Shown one piece after another: positions 18,961-28,800 of a stretch of DNA of 64,000 bases. Within the stretch, counting starts at the first letter, position 1; each line of letters begins with the position of its first letter. The position numbers and the translations under genes were made by a program. Source of the DNA: an uncultured Candidatus Berkelbacteria bacterium (lineage in GTDB: Bacteria; Patescibacteriota; UBA1384; CAILIB01); assembly GCA_903834195.1 (NCBI GenBank), contig CAILIB010000037.1, forward strand, positions 19 through 64,018. Reading direction: 5' to 3'. A model generated the notes under the pieces. It had not been told where the DNA came from. It saw only the letters and a list, made by a program, of their open reading frames with translations, and did not search any database.

Positions 18961-19599
18961 ATGACTCACCTACTTCGCAAAATTCTCCTTAAGATTCGTC
19001 ATACTCCATCGTATGTGTGGAGGGTTTCTGTCTGTGCGATTCTATTCAGTTCTATTGGAGTTGCTTGGAATATCCCAGCAAGTCATCGATGGTTAGGTGT
19101 GCAACTTGGTTTGGAGCCAGTGGTTGTTGAGGCGAGCTCAGGTACAGAAAATCAGCCTGATGTAGCACTCTCCGAGCGTGTACAAAATCTTGAGGGTGCG
19201 CTCAGTACTATGCAGCAAGAACAAAAGCAAAATACTACAACAATGCAGCAGTTGCATGACGATTTTCAAAAAGCAGTTGCTGAGGTTGCTCAAACTAATG
19301 ATCAATTACAAAAGCAGGCTGAACAGCTCAATAAAATTGCAAAATCAGTTACAGCACCTAAAGTTCCTAGTGGAAGCACTGCTGCGACTTCAACTCCAAC
19401 CCCTACTGGAAAGTTGAATATTAATAGTGCAACCGTGGATCAATTTGATGCACTTCCCGGCATAGGTCCAACCTATGCGCAACGAATTATTGACTACCGT
19501 ACTCAGCATGGGCCGTTTAAAACTGTAGATGAACTAGACAATGTTTCAGGTATTGGGCCTTCAACCTTAGACAAGATACGTGACCTGGTTGAGATATAG
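18961..19599 (+). CDS. comEA: ComEA-family DNA-binding protein (TM, coiled coil, HhH)
   Basis: LNINSAT..LPGIGPTYAQRII...VSGIGP. Confidence 0.88.
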   Translation: MTHLLRKILLKIRHTPSYVWRVSVCAILFSSIGVAWNIPASHRWLGVQLGLEPVVVEASSGTENQPDVALSERVQNLEGALSTMQQEQKQNTTTMQQLHDDFQKAVAEVAQTNDQLQKQAEQLNKIAKSVTAPKVPSGSTAATSTPTPTGKLNINSATVDQFDALPGIGPTYAQRIIDYRTQHGPFKTVDELDNVSGIGPSTLDKIRDLVEI

Positions 19600-19632
19600 G
19601 ATGTTTTCAGCTATAGTCACTGAGTACCATCT

Positions 19633-19718
19633 GCCGGGATGGTGGAATGGTAGACACGCTAGCCTTAGGAGCTAGTGCCCGCAAGGGTGTGGAGGTTCGA
19701 GTCCTCTTCCCGGTACCA
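19633..19718 (+). tRNA. tRNA-Leu (anticodon TAG), CCA encoded
   Basis: GCCGGGA acceptor stem, D-loop GG, CTAGC-CTTAGGA-GCTAG anticodon arm, long variable arm, GGTTCGAGTCC, ACCA end. Confidence 0.97.
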
Positions 19719-19803
19719 AAACAAATAGCGCGTTTCTTTGCTGGTCCTCGCCCTAGAATAAAATAGGGCTGCGGAGGCAAAGAAACGCGCTATTTGTTTT
19801 GGT
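19715..19803. repeat. 27-bp perfect inverted repeat with a REP-like inner hairpin
   Basis: 19715-19741 is complementary to 19777-19803; inner sequence CCTCG-CCCTA..TAGGG-CTGCGG. Confidence 0.85.
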
Positions 19804-19807
19804 TCTT

Positions 19808-19945
19808 TGGTAGGAGAGGACGAGAACCAGGTTCGCCTTCGCCTGAACCTTTCTTTGCGTAGCAAAGAGCGAAGTTAGTGCAACGTTTCTGAACCGCTTC
19901 AATATGAAATGAAAGGTTCAGAAAGTGAGCGTCGCCCTCTTCCGC
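19808..19945. repeat. Structured element derived from the tRNA 3' end
   Basis: Degenerate inverted copy of the tRNA 3' end (19808-19828), three hairpins, and a degenerate direct copy (19932-19945). Confidence 0.55.
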
Positions 19946-20065
19946 TCTTGAACTAGTGAGTAGAATTCCAGTGATGATCCTGTACATATAACTTATTATT
20001 CTAAGCAATTTCTCAGAACCGCAGTACTATACTAAACAAGCTCAAGATTAGTACTAAGGCAGAAT

Positions 20066-20497
20066 ATGACTCAACCAACTTATAAATCAGCGATCGCACA
20101 AGGAAAAGCGTACCGAATATTGCGACAGGGAATAACTGAAGCACTTGAGGATTCGAGTACTTCAATGCCAGAATGGACACTCCTAAGTTTGGTAAATGAG
20201 CGGGGAACAATGCGTCTCAATGAAGTTGCAAGTGAACTCGGGGTTGAGGCTCCCCTTGTTACCGTGTTGGTTAAACAATTGCAGGCAAAAAATTTAGTAC
20301 ATGTGGAGGCGGATGCAACTGATAGTCGTGCGAAAATTATAACACTCACAAAATCAGCACAGAAACTTCTTCCAAGTTTAGAAAGTTCAGTTGGCACACA
20401 TGTTGAACAGGTTTTCAAAGGTGTAGGTGAACGTGATCGAGCTGTATTTTATCGAACCTTAGAGCGACTTTGCGAAAATAACGATCGCACAAAGTAG
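20066..20497 (+). CDS. MarR-family transcriptional regulator
   Basis: EWTLL...LNEVASELGV..VTVLVKQLQAKNLV...DSRAKIITLT. Confidence 0.9.
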   Translation: MTQPTYKSAIAQGKAYRILRQGITEALEDSSTSMPEWTLLSLVNERGTMRLNEVASELGVEAPLVTVLVKQLQAKNLVHVEADATDSRAKIITLTKSAQKLLPSLESSVGTHVEQVFKGVGERDRAVFYRTLERLCENNDRTK

Positions 20498-20517
20498 AGC
20501 TCTGCTATACCTGCGGC

Positions 20518-21138
20518 ATGAATAACAAAATTCTCTACGCTGTGCCGTTTCACCCACAAAAATGGGATCTTTCAACGTGGAAGCAAATGGGGTATCTAAA
20601 TGAAGATGATGCTAGATACTGGGAAAAATCTTGTTGCGGAATACTCTGTTTGCAAATGGCTTTTGAGTACTATTTTGGCAAAAAAATTAACACTCGCGCG
20701 CTTATAGAAGAAGGGCGGGCGCTCAACGGATATACCGATGCGACTGGGTGGAGTCATGCTGGGTTAGTAACATTGGCCAAAGATCATGGAGTGTTAGCTG
20801 ATTCAGTTAGCGTTTCACCGCAGCAAATTGCATCTGAAATTGAGCTTGGCTCGCTTGTAATAATTTCAATCAAGTGGGGATTTCGCAGTGATAAAACCGC
20901 CAGAGAGCGGGTTTTATTTTGGAAGAAATATGGTGGACACTTAGCGCTCGTCATTGGAGTGAAAAAAACAGAAGAAAAGCTTGAGGGCTTCTATGTTCAC
21001 CATACATCGATTCGGGAAGGATATAATTGGGAGTCTCGATTTGTGTCTGTCGAAGATTTTCAAAAAGGGTATACCGGACGCGCAATTATTCTGCCAGATC
21101 CGCGCGTTGACGCTCACATTCCATACGTGGGAAAATAA
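20518..21138 (+). CDS. Peptidase C39-like cysteine protease
   Basis: VPFHPQ, SCCGILCLQM (catalytic Cys), GHLALVIG (catalytic His). Confidence 0.8.
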   Translation: MNNKILYAVPFHPQKWDLSTWKQMGYLNEDDARYWEKSCCGILCLQMAFEYYFGKKINTRALIEEGRALNGYTDATGWSHAGLVTLAKDHGVLADSVSVSPQQIASEIELGSLVIISIKWGFRSDKTARERVLFWKKYGGHLALVIGVKKTEEKLEGFYVHHTSIREGYNWESRFVSVEDFQKGYTGRAIILPDPRVDAHIPYVGK

Positions 21139-21164
21139 ACATATCTAATCCGTAAGCAACCTCT

Positions 21165-21254
21165 ATGGAAAATGAACAACAAATGACAGAGCAGAAAATG
21201 TGCGAAACCTGCGGGCAAGAAATGTCAGCTGACGGAACCTGCGCCTGCGAATAG
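21165..21254 (+). CDS. Cys-rich mini-protein (29 aa, CxxC...CxC), not in the ORF track
   Basis: Translates as MENEQQMTEQKMCETCGQEMSADGTCACE; double TAG stop followed by a terminator. Confidence 0.6.
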   Translation: MENEQQMTEQKMCETCGQEMSADGTCACE

Positions 21255-21269
21255 TAGTCACAGTTTTCG

Positions 21270-21304
21270 AAAAACACCACTGGTAGTACTGGTGGTGTTT
21301 TTTT
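21270..21304 (+). terminator. Intrinsic terminator
   Basis: AAAAACACCAC/GGTGGTGTTTTT plus T tract. Confidence 0.75.
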
Positions 21305-21378
21305 GTGTATCCCTTGTACGACGGGTCGATCCTCGTGGTATTATTAATCAATCAACATAAGTACGTTTATTAAGAAAT

Positions 21379-22059
21379 ATGCGAGAAGCAATTATCGAGC
21401 TCAAAGGGGTGAGCCGAACCTATCGTTTGGGAGACGAAACGGTACACGCCCTCGACAACGTAGGTATAGAAGTAGCTTCAGGTGAGTTTCTTGCCATTAC
21501 TGGTCCGTCTGGATCAGGGAAGTCTACGCTGGCAAATATCATTGGTGGCTTAGATGCACCAGATGCAGGAACAGTGCTTATTGATGGAGAGGACTTATCG
21601 AAGGTAAGCGATAAGCAGCTTTCCTACTACCGAAACAAACACATTGGCTTTGTGTTTCAGTCTTTTAACCTGCAGCCAAATTACAATGCATTGGAAAACG
21701 TCATGCTTCCCCTTGTGCTTGGTAAAGAGAATTCAAAGTCTCGGGCTGCACGCGCAAAAGAGTGTTTAGAAGCAGTTGGGTTAGGTGATCGTTTGCGTCA
21801 CTATCCAAACCAGTTATCAGGTGGACAGCGTCAACGTGTTGCCATTGCTCGTGCCTTGGCAAATCGTCCAAGTATTATCATTGCAGATGAACCAACGGGA
21901 AACCTTGATTCACAAAAGGGAGCTGAAATTATGGCTATCCTAAAGGATCTCAACAAGAACGGAATTACACTGATTGTGATTACACATGACCCTGCAATTG
22001 CTAAACAGGCAAGTCGGGTTGTTTCAATTCATGATGGAAAATTGGAGGAGGGGCGATGA
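21379..22059 (+). CDS. ABC transporter ATP-binding protein (MacB/LolD family)
   Basis: GPSGSGKST, LSGGQRQR and ADEPTGNLD motifs. Confidence 0.93.
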   Translation: MREAIIELKGVSRTYRLGDETVHALDNVGIEVASGEFLAITGPSGSGKSTLANIIGGLDAPDAGTVLIDGEDLSKVSDKQLSYYRNKHIGFVFQSFNLQPNYNALENVMLPLVLGKENSKSRAARAKECLEAVGLGDRLRHYPNQLSGGQRQRVAIARALANRPSIIIADEPTGNLDSQKGAEIMAILKDLNKNGITLIVITHDPAIAKQASRVVSIHDGKLEEGR

Positions 22060-23507
22060 AATTCTTTGACTATATACGTTTTGGATTAAAGAACATTTGG
22101 CGACAGAAGGTTCGAACCTTCCTAACCATTTTTGCTATCGTGATTGGTGCGCTTTCAGTAGTGCTGATGTTAACGATTATCTTTGGAGCAAAAGATGCTG
22201 CGATTAATCAGATTGAAAGTTCTGGTGCACTTAATCAGGTAACAGTAAGTAGTAAGGTAGATATTACTGCAAACGATGTATTTCGCAGTAATAGTGGTGG
22301 CGGGTCTGCAGATTCAATAAAGTTGACTGATGCACTGCTTACAAAACTACTCGCACTTCCCCATGTTGCTTCAGGATATGCTCAGTTGAGCGTCTGGCAG
22401 CTAAGTAATGGTGGAGAGGTTACGGATAGTGCGGGTCAGAAAGTTGTCATCGGAAGTGACTCTCAGTTTGTTGGTGTTGTACCAAGTCCTGATAGTGACA
22501 AGCAAATTGCTGCAGGTCGGAATTTAACATCTGACGATGTCTACAGCATGGTTATTGGTCAAGATGCACTAAGTAAGTTAGGGTTCAAAGGTAGTCCACA
22601 AGATGCTATTGGCAAGGTATACAATTTCTCAGTACAAGGATATGTAGGTGACGATAAGAATGTTCCACTTCCGCCTGCTCAACAGTCACAGCAGTCTCCG
22701 AACGATAATAGTTATTGGGATAGTATTCAAAAGCATATCGATACTATCAAGATTACGATTGTTGGTGTTATGACATCAGGCTCGTATGATCAAGAGAATT
22801 TCATCCCAATGTCCCTTGCTCGCAAGTTGATGGTTACAAATATGTGGCAGATCGAAAGTCAGCCACAAAATCAGTGTCAGCCAAATCAGTCATGTCAGCC
22901 GGCAGCTCCGAAGTACATCATGACATCCAATGATCAGTTTACTAACACTCAGGGTGGTGGGTATTCTACCTATGTACTTAAGGCAGATGATTTAGCAAAT
23001 GTAGACGCTGTTGCAGCTTCAGTTAAAACGCTTGGACTCGGCGCTGCTACTGCAAAAGAGATCATCGATCAGATTCAACAGATCTTCAAACTCATCAGTA
23101 TTGTATTTGGAGCAATCGGTGGAATTGCGTTACTTGTTGCAGCAATTGGTGTAGTGAACACCATGGTAATGGCAACGCTTGAGCGTACGCGTGAAATTGG
23201 TGTAATGCGCGCCTGTGGTGCAACAAAGGGTGCTGTGCGCCGTCTATTCACCTTTGAGGCAGCATTGCTCGGGTTCTGGGGTGGAGTGATTGGGTGTGCA
23301 ATTGCCTACGGTCTTATTCTGGCAGTACGTCAGTTTGCAGGTGACCAATTAGTAAAACAGGGTGTTCCCTTAAGTGTATTAGCGATTCCAGTATGGTTAG
23401 CTCTCGCTACCGTTGCAGTAACAACTGTGATTGGTATGATTGCTGGCTACTTACCTGCAGTTCGTGCTGCACGAATGAATCCTGTCGAAGCGCTCCGGTA
23501 CGAATAA
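22056..23507 (+). CDS. ABC transporter permease (MacB/FtsX family)
   Basis: IGVVNTMVMATLERTREIG; NPVEALRYE; large extracytoplasmic domain. Confidence 0.92.
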   Translation: MKFFDYIRFGLKNIWRQKVRTFLTIFAIVIGALSVVLMLTIIFGAKDAAINQIESSGALNQVTVSSKVDITANDVFRSNSGGGSADSIKLTDALLTKLLALPHVASGYAQLSVWQLSNGGEVTDSAGQKVVIGSDSQFVGVVPSPDSDKQIAAGRNLTSDDVYSMVIGQDALSKLGFKGSPQDAIGKVYNFSVQGYVGDDKNVPLPPAQQSQQSPNDNSYWDSIQKHIDTIKITIVGVMTSGSYDQENFIPMSLARKLMVTNMWQIESQPQNQCQPNQSCQPAAPKYIMTSNDQFTNTQGGGYSTYVLKADDLANVDAVAASVKTLGLGAATAKEIIDQIQQIFKLISIVFGAIGGIALLVAAIGVVNTMVMATLERTREIGVMRACGATKGAVRRLFTFEAALLGFWGGVIGCAIAYGLILAVRQFAGDQLVKQGVPLSVLAIPVWLALATVAVTTVIGMIAGYLPAVRAARMNPVEALRYE

Positions 23508-23517
23508 AGAGCCAATT

Positions 23518-23545
23518 AAAAAATGCCCCGTTCGGGGCATTTTTT
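23518..23545. terminator. Bidirectional terminator
   Basis: AAAAAATGCCCC-GTTC-GGGGCATTTTTT between convergent genes. Confidence 0.85.
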
Positions 23546-24659
23546 AATTCTTGGCGAATGCTTTTCTGAGCAATTGACCGAAGACTGGTACAAATACTAT
23601 GAAGAATAGAACGATAGTTACGATCATTCCAACGTACGGGACGATGCGAATGAGGTAGCCAAGTAGCGCACCGGCAAGGAGTTGTGCCCAGAGGTTGTCT
23701 TTGAACTGGGGAAGGATTTGAGCAAGGACGTATCGACCAATGATGAAAAGTCCCAAAACTCCAGCGAGAATCAGAAGGAAAACAAACAGGGCAGCAAATG
23801 CAAAGCCGATTTTTATGCCAATTCCACTGAGGAGGAGAATAAATAAGAGTAATGGCGTGACAGCGAGTGTTACCAGTCCCCAAGCAAGGTTAACTCCGTA
23901 GCCTTGGGTGAATTCGGCGGTAATTGCTTGAACACGAGAAGGAAAGCGGACAACGAGCAGGGCTCCAAAAATGAAGCTTGCAACAAGACTAAAAAGCACA
24001 GATATGAGTAAGTCCATGTTCTGGTTTGGCAGAGGTTCACGAGACGTAATCCCGGTAACCTTAACTGTGCTTAACCCGTCAGCATCAACATCTGATTTAT
24101 AGTTGAGCGCTCCAGCAATACTTCCACCAGTAAACTTGAGTGCTTGAACAGTTCCGGTTACATCGCCGCCAATGACTGCTGAACTTGTCACATTGGAGGC
24201 AGACATATGGACGGTACCGTTTATGGTTCCGGCCAATGTGACATTTGTACCTGAAATCCAAAGGTCTCCTTTTACTACTGAGGCTTTGTCGAAAGTGATA
24301 TCGTTTCCTACGACGTAAATATCGTTGCCGTACTCACCGTTGAAGATGATTGTGCCACCGGCTGCGAATACATTGTAGGCTGTTCCTTTTTCAATAGTGA
24401 TATTGGATCCAGCAAGGTAGGCGCTTCGCCCAGGGGTTTCATTCAGGTTAATCGTGTTTCCAACAGCAAAAAGCTCGCCAGTAAGTGGTGCCTTTAAATT
24501 AAAATCTTGGCCAGCGGTAAACAAGTCACGATGGAGCGCATCAGTGATGGTGGTTGAAGTGTCAGAACGGAACTCAGCAGCATGAGTTGGGAGAGGGTGA
24601 GTGCCTAATATAAGTACCACGAGTGGTACAAGATAAAGCAGGCGACGCATTTTATTCAT
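23544..24659 (-). CDS. Membrane protein with a beta-helical (polymer-forming/bactofilin-like) extracellular region and C-terminal TM helices
   Basis: Signal peptide; repeated DLFxAG / GDLWISG / IxGDV units; about 5 TM segments. Confidence 0.75.
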   Translation of the reverse strand: MNKMRRLLYLVPLVVLILGTHPLPTHAAEFRSDTSTTITDALHRDLFTAGQDFNLKAPLTGELFAVGNTINLNETPGRSAYLAGSNITIEKGTAYNVFAAGGTIIFNGEYGNDIYVVGNDITFDKASVVKGDLWISGTNVTLAGTINGTVHMSASNVTSSAVIGGDVTGTVQALKFTGGSIAGALNYKSDVDADGLSTVKVTGITSREPLPNQNMDLLISVLFSLVASFIFGALLVVRFPSRVQAITAEFTQGYGVNLAWGLVTLAVTPLLLFILLLSGIGIKIGFAFAALFVFLLILAGVLGLFIIGRYVLAQILPQFKDNLWAQLLAGALLGYLIRIVPYVGMIVTIVLFFIVFVPVFGQLLRKAFAKN

Positions 24660-24685
24660 AGATAGTTAATTAGCTTCTCTTACCA

Positions 24686-25225
24686 CTATAGTGTACTGGT
24701 TAATTCGCGCCAATGGGATTGGTATTCACTGAAGGCTTTTTCGAAATCTGATCGGGGGGTGAGTTGGATGTCGAGTTCTTTTAGAAGTGCGTGAAGTGAT
24801 TTTTCGGCTGCTTGTGTTTCTGATTCGCCCTCAACCATTTTTTCGATTTCAAGAATGTAGCCGTAGCCACGTGTGTCATCGAGACAAATAGTGAGATCTT
24901 TCCAGGTGAAGCGATGTCGGGTGCGGTACCAGGTGATATCAACTCCAAAACCGATGGTTTCCAAAATGCGTTGTAGCTTGGGATACTCGACGGGGGAAAT
25001 GGCAACCTCCAATTCTTCGCGGGCACGATCATGGATGACGCCGGCTTTTAGTATAAGCTTGGCCGATTGATCACTCTTTTGAATGCGTAAATCGTGTTCA
25101 CCAGTGAAATAGGTGGTAACTTGCGATGTATTCTCTTGCTCCACACCTTCTGTGGACATCCGCTCTAGCAGGTTTTCATACTGCTCCTTGGTGATGAAGC
25201 TGCGAACTTCGACTTCAATACTCAT
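24686..25225 (-). CDS. CYTH-domain protein (class IV adenylate cyclase-like)
   Basis: N-terminal EVEVR, LRI, REELE and GYILEIE motifs. Confidence 0.85.
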   Translation of the reverse strand: MSIEVEVRSFITKEQYENLLERMSTEGVEQENTSQVTTYFTGEHDLRIQKSDQSAKLILKAGVIHDRAREELEVAISPVEYPKLQRILETIGFGVDITWYRTRHRFTWKDLTICLDDTRGYGYILEIEKMVEGESETQAAEKSLHALLKELDIQLTPRSDFEKAFSEYQSHWRELTSTL

Positions 25226-25989
25226 TTCTTGAATACATCTGCCATGACGGTTTTGACTGCGTCACCAACACTGGTCATGAATTGGGCAGGGAAGATGATG
25301 GTTGAGTTTTTCTCAACACTGATTTCAGCCATGGTCTGCAGTGTGCGTAATTGGAGGGCAACTGGGTGGGCGGCGATAATGTCGGCAGCCTCAGCTAACT
25401 TGGTAGCTGCTTGCATTTCACCTTCTGCGGCAACAATCTTAGCTCGGCGTTCGCGCTCGGCTTCTGCCTCTTTGGCCATGGCGCGCTGCATGTTGTCGGG
25501 GAGGGTAATGTCCTTAATTTCAACGGCGGTAACTTCAACACCCCAAGGTTCGGTGTGCTTGTCGATTACTACTTTAATTTGCTCGTTGATCTCAAGTGTT
25601 TGGGAGAGAAGTTCATCCAATTTAAAACGTCCTACTACATTACGAACTGTGGTTTGGCTGATCTGGTTTACAGCGTAGTAGATATTCTCAACCGCCATGA
25701 CTGACTTTTCCGAGTCAGTAATTTGGGAGTAGGCAACCGCTGCAATGTCGATGGAGACATTATCTTTGGTGATGATTTTCTGGGTCGGAATGTCCATGGT
25801 GACGGTTCGCAGCGAAACTCGGGTCATTGTTTCAAGGATTGGGAAAACATAGATGAGGCCAGGGCCACGCTGTCCAACAAATTTACCAAGACGGAAAACA
25901 ACACCGCGCTCATACTGTTTTACAACGCGTAAGCCGGCGAGGAAAAAGACAATAACAGCAACAATTATATAAAAAGCGACTACGTCCAT
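25222..25989 (-). CDS. SPFH/stomatin (band 7) protein
   Basis: [26 protein letters not shown] and LQLRTLQT motifs. Confidence 0.93.
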   Translation of the reverse strand: MDVVAFYIIVAVIVFFLAGLRVVKQYERGVVFRLGKFVGQRGPGLIYVFPILETMTRVSLRTVTMDIPTQKIITKDNVSIDIAAVAYSQITDSEKSVMAVENIYYAVNQISQTTVRNVVGRFKLDELLSQTLEINEQIKVVIDKHTEPWGVEVTAVEIKDITLPDNMQRAMAKEAEAERERRAKIVAAEGEMQAATKLAEAADIIAAHPVALQLRTLQTMAEISVEKNSTIIFPAQFMTSVGDAVKTVMADVFKK

Positions 25990-26186
25990 ATGGGTAATGT
26001 TACTCTAATTTGCTTAGACAGTAGCACTAGTATGTGGCTTTTACTATATGGTGCAGTTTATTTAATTATTATTTAACGTTTTAACCTGTTGACTTGACAT
26101 TTTCCCCATTTTTGTGGTAGGTTCAGGCATCTGCCAAAACCGGGTAGCGCATTTGCGTTGCACACAGGTTAGGGGCGGCATTTAAT

Positions 26187-27242
26187 ATGACACGTCAGTC
26201 TAAGTCCGCATCGCCCTTAGGGCTTGTGGCATTCGTAGTGTTCCTTGCTCTCTCCCTGTGTGGGTGCGGAGGTAATGGAGCGAGTTCATCTGGTAGTGGC
26301 GGTTTGAAGCCTGCGTACACCGCGGTAACAAGCGTTACTACTGTGGATTCATCTCTTCGCGCATCGCCTTTGACGCAGTATCAAACTCCGACATTTTCGG
26401 TTGCAAGCATGCAACCAGCATTCATTTCCTATACCAGTACCACCGAATTCGGCGTGTACTGGAAAGGAACATTCTTGCCAGTACCGTCGGACATTGCGGC
26501 ATTGTCTAGGAAGACTTCGCCAAAGGTCAAAGATGCGATCGTATTCGGAAACTACGGCGGCACAAACGGTTTTGCCTACAACTGGCAGATCGGAACGGTC
26601 GTCGGCTTGTTCCTCGATCAGACGCCACTTGCTGTTTCCAACGATGGAAAGGTGGTTTGGTTACGCTGGGGCAGTCAGTTGGTTGAGTGGAATATTGTTT
26701 CGCAAAAGCAATCGTTCCTCGACCTTCCGTCTGACGCTGCGGCGGCATCCGACACCACAGTGCTCTTTGGAGCAAAATCGGGGGAATTCGTGGTTTCGTA
26801 TACCGGAACTTCCGGAAAAACCAATCTGCTTCGAATTGGTGGGCACTACGTAACTCTCTGGGGATACAAGGGGGCGCCCGCCACACCAACCGGCATGAAT
26901 AGTGGTGTCGTTTCCGGAAACTCGTCGGGTTCAGGCGTCATTCCAATTTATTGGAGTAAGGACGGAATTCCACAGCCGTTGAACCTTGGTAATGACATCA
27001 TGGGTGCAGTAAATGGCGTCACTGAAACCGGTGTCCTTTATGGCTACATAGGTTCAGACGTCACAAATCAGTTCGCGGTTGTTTGGCCGAGTGTGACAGC
27101 TGCTCCGACGAATGTTACGAAGATGTCCGGCACGACACTCAACGCCGTTGTAGCGGCCTGCGGAGACGGTAGTCATCTGGAACTTACGTTCGCGGGAAGG
27201 ACGTATGCGGATTTTCAGACGGTCAACGTCACCTATAAGTAG
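26187..27242 (+). CDS. Putative lipoprotein with beta-rich repeats
   Basis: Lipobox-like LSLCGC followed by a Gly/Ser linker; repeats such as AVSNDGKVV and GVTETGVLYG; own TTGACA promoter and terminator. Confidence 0.7.
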   Translation: MTRQSKSASPLGLVAFVVFLALSLCGCGGNGASSSGSGGLKPAYTAVTSVTTVDSSLRASPLTQYQTPTFSVASMQPAFISYTSTTEFGVYWKGTFLPVPSDIAALSRKTSPKVKDAIVFGNYGGTNGFAYNWQIGTVVGLFLDQTPLAVSNDGKVVWLRWGSQLVEWNIVSQKQSFLDLPSDAAAASDTTVLFGAKSGEFVVSYTGTSGKTNLLRIGGHYVTLWGYKGAPATPTGMNSGVVSGNSSGSGVIPIYWSKDGIPQPLNLGNDIMGAVNGVTETGVLYGYIGSDVTNQFAVVWPSVTAAPTNVTKMSGTTLNAVVAACGDGSHLELTFAGRTYADFQTVNVTYK

Positions 27243-27276
27243 CGCTGGTCAGCGCTTTCCCAAATTGACCTCAAGT

Positions 27277-27309
27277 CCCGCTTCTATATAAGAAGCGGGC
27301 AATTTTTTT
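27277..27309 (+). terminator. Intrinsic terminator
   Basis: CCCGCTTCT/AGAAGCGGG plus T tract. Confidence 0.75.
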
Positions 27310-27363
27310 GTACAAACAAGAGCCCCGGGACCTTATAGGTGATCCGGAGCGTCATGACCGTTG

Positions 27364-27957
27364 CTAAGCAGTGGTGAGACCAATTTCGGCGAGTAGATCG
27401 TCGACTTCTTTGGGCATCAAAATTGATGCGTAGCATATGCTGTGGATGTGGAATTGTATGTTTCTTGCCGCAGGCTCGAATGATTGAGGGATGACTGCCA
27501 GAATGTACCGAATCAGTTCGGTTTGCGCTGGGTTTAGTCGCTCTGTCATCAGCCAGGTTGGCGATTCGGTATCAATGGCTTGATTAGCCTGAGTTGCGAG
27601 CAAGAGCAAACATAGTAAATCTGCAGCTTTCAAGTCTTTCAATGTAAGAACTATTCCCTTACCTTCATCGAATAGTCTTTCGAGTTCGGTGAACACGACG
27701 TCTGCTGCGTACTCCACAGGTGTCTGATCCTGTAATCCAGCAATATCTCGTGCCTCCAGGGCGAGACGTTGTGCTCTAGTTACCGCTTCTTCCGAAGCAC
27801 TCTCTCGGAGGGTATCAAGCAGATGCCTGCAGAAGTTCTGAATGTCAGGAAGGTGATCTTCGTTGGTCAGGTTGCAGCGACGAAACGTCACTTGTGCAAA
27901 CGGGGACATTGTCGTAGTGTGATCTACGCCGGGTTTTGAAAGTCTGATTTGGTGCAT
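27364..27957 (-). CDS. Hypothetical helical protein
   Basis: Start moved to MHQIRL (27957), which has an AGGA SD and a TTGACT...TGGTATAAAT promoter upstream. Confidence 0.65.
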   Translation of the reverse strand: MHQIRLSKPGVDHTTTMSPFAQVTFRRCNLTNEDHLPDIQNFCRHLLDTLRESASEEAVTRAQRLALEARDIAGLQDQTPVEYAADVVFTELERLFDEGKGIVLTLKDLKAADLLCLLLLATQANQAIDTESPTWLMTERLNPAQTELIRYILAVIPQSFEPAARNIQFHIHSICYASILMPKEVDDLLAEIGLTTA

Positions 27958-28065
27958 TTCTTTTTCCTGTCGGATGCCCACAATAGGGGTCTCGACTGTG
28001 CCGCATTTATACCACAAAAAAGCAAAAAAGTCAATCTGTTAAGACATTTCTGATACAATGCACAT

Positions 28066-28779
28066 ATGGAAAAACTTATCGCAATTTTGGGTCAGACAGC
28101 CTCAGGTAAAACCTCACTAGGCGAGTTTTTGGCGCTCACATATGACGGTGAGATCGTTTCAGCTGATGCTAAACAGGTGTATCGGGGAATGGACATCGGC
28201 ACTGCTAAAGAAAAACACCTCAAAGTTCCACAACATTTAATCGATATTAAAGACCCGGGCGAGAAGGTGACAGTGGCCGAATATCAGGCGTTGGCATACC
28301 AAACAATTGATGAAATCTTGGCACGGGGAAAGCAACCATTCCTAGTTGGTGGAAGCACACTCTATGCTGAAGCGGTTACGCACGGGTACGTGTTTAATGA
28401 ACAGGGAAAGAGTTCTGAGCAGGTACCTCGTTATAATGTCTTAGAAATCGCTATCCATCATGATCGGGAGAGATTAAAAGAGCGGGCAGCAGGGAGGTTA
28501 CGCGAACGAATTGCACAAGGTCTTCCAGAAGAAGTACAGGGGTTACTTGATGCTGGTGTGTCCCCGACCTGGCTTGATCATTGCGGTATAGAGTATAAAT
28601 ATTTCTCTAAATATATTCTCGGTGAACTAACGCTTGAGGAGGCTACAGCCAAGACAATTACTGCAATAAATCAATATATTAAACGCCAATATACGTGGTG
28701 GCGGCGTCACCCCGAAATTCAGTGGGTACAGGAGCCAGAAGAGGCAGTAGTCATAGTTAATAGGTTTCTCGGTCGGTGA
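28066..28779 (+). CDS. miaA: tRNA dimethylallyltransferase (short form)
   Basis: GQTASGKT, SADAKQVYRGMDIGTAK and YIKRQYTWW motifs. Confidence 0.94.
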   Translation: MEKLIAILGQTASGKTSLGEFLALTYDGEIVSADAKQVYRGMDIGTAKEKHLKVPQHLIDIKDPGEKVTVAEYQALAYQTIDEILARGKQPFLVGGSTLYAEAVTHGYVFNEQGKSSEQVPRYNVLEIAIHHDRERLKERAAGRLRERIAQGLPEEVQGLLDAGVSPTWLDHCGIEYKYFSKYILGELTLEEATAKTITAINQYIKRQYTWWRRHPEIQWVQEPEEAVVIVNRFLGR

Positions 28780-28800
28780 TCACGTGCTATACTAGGCTAT

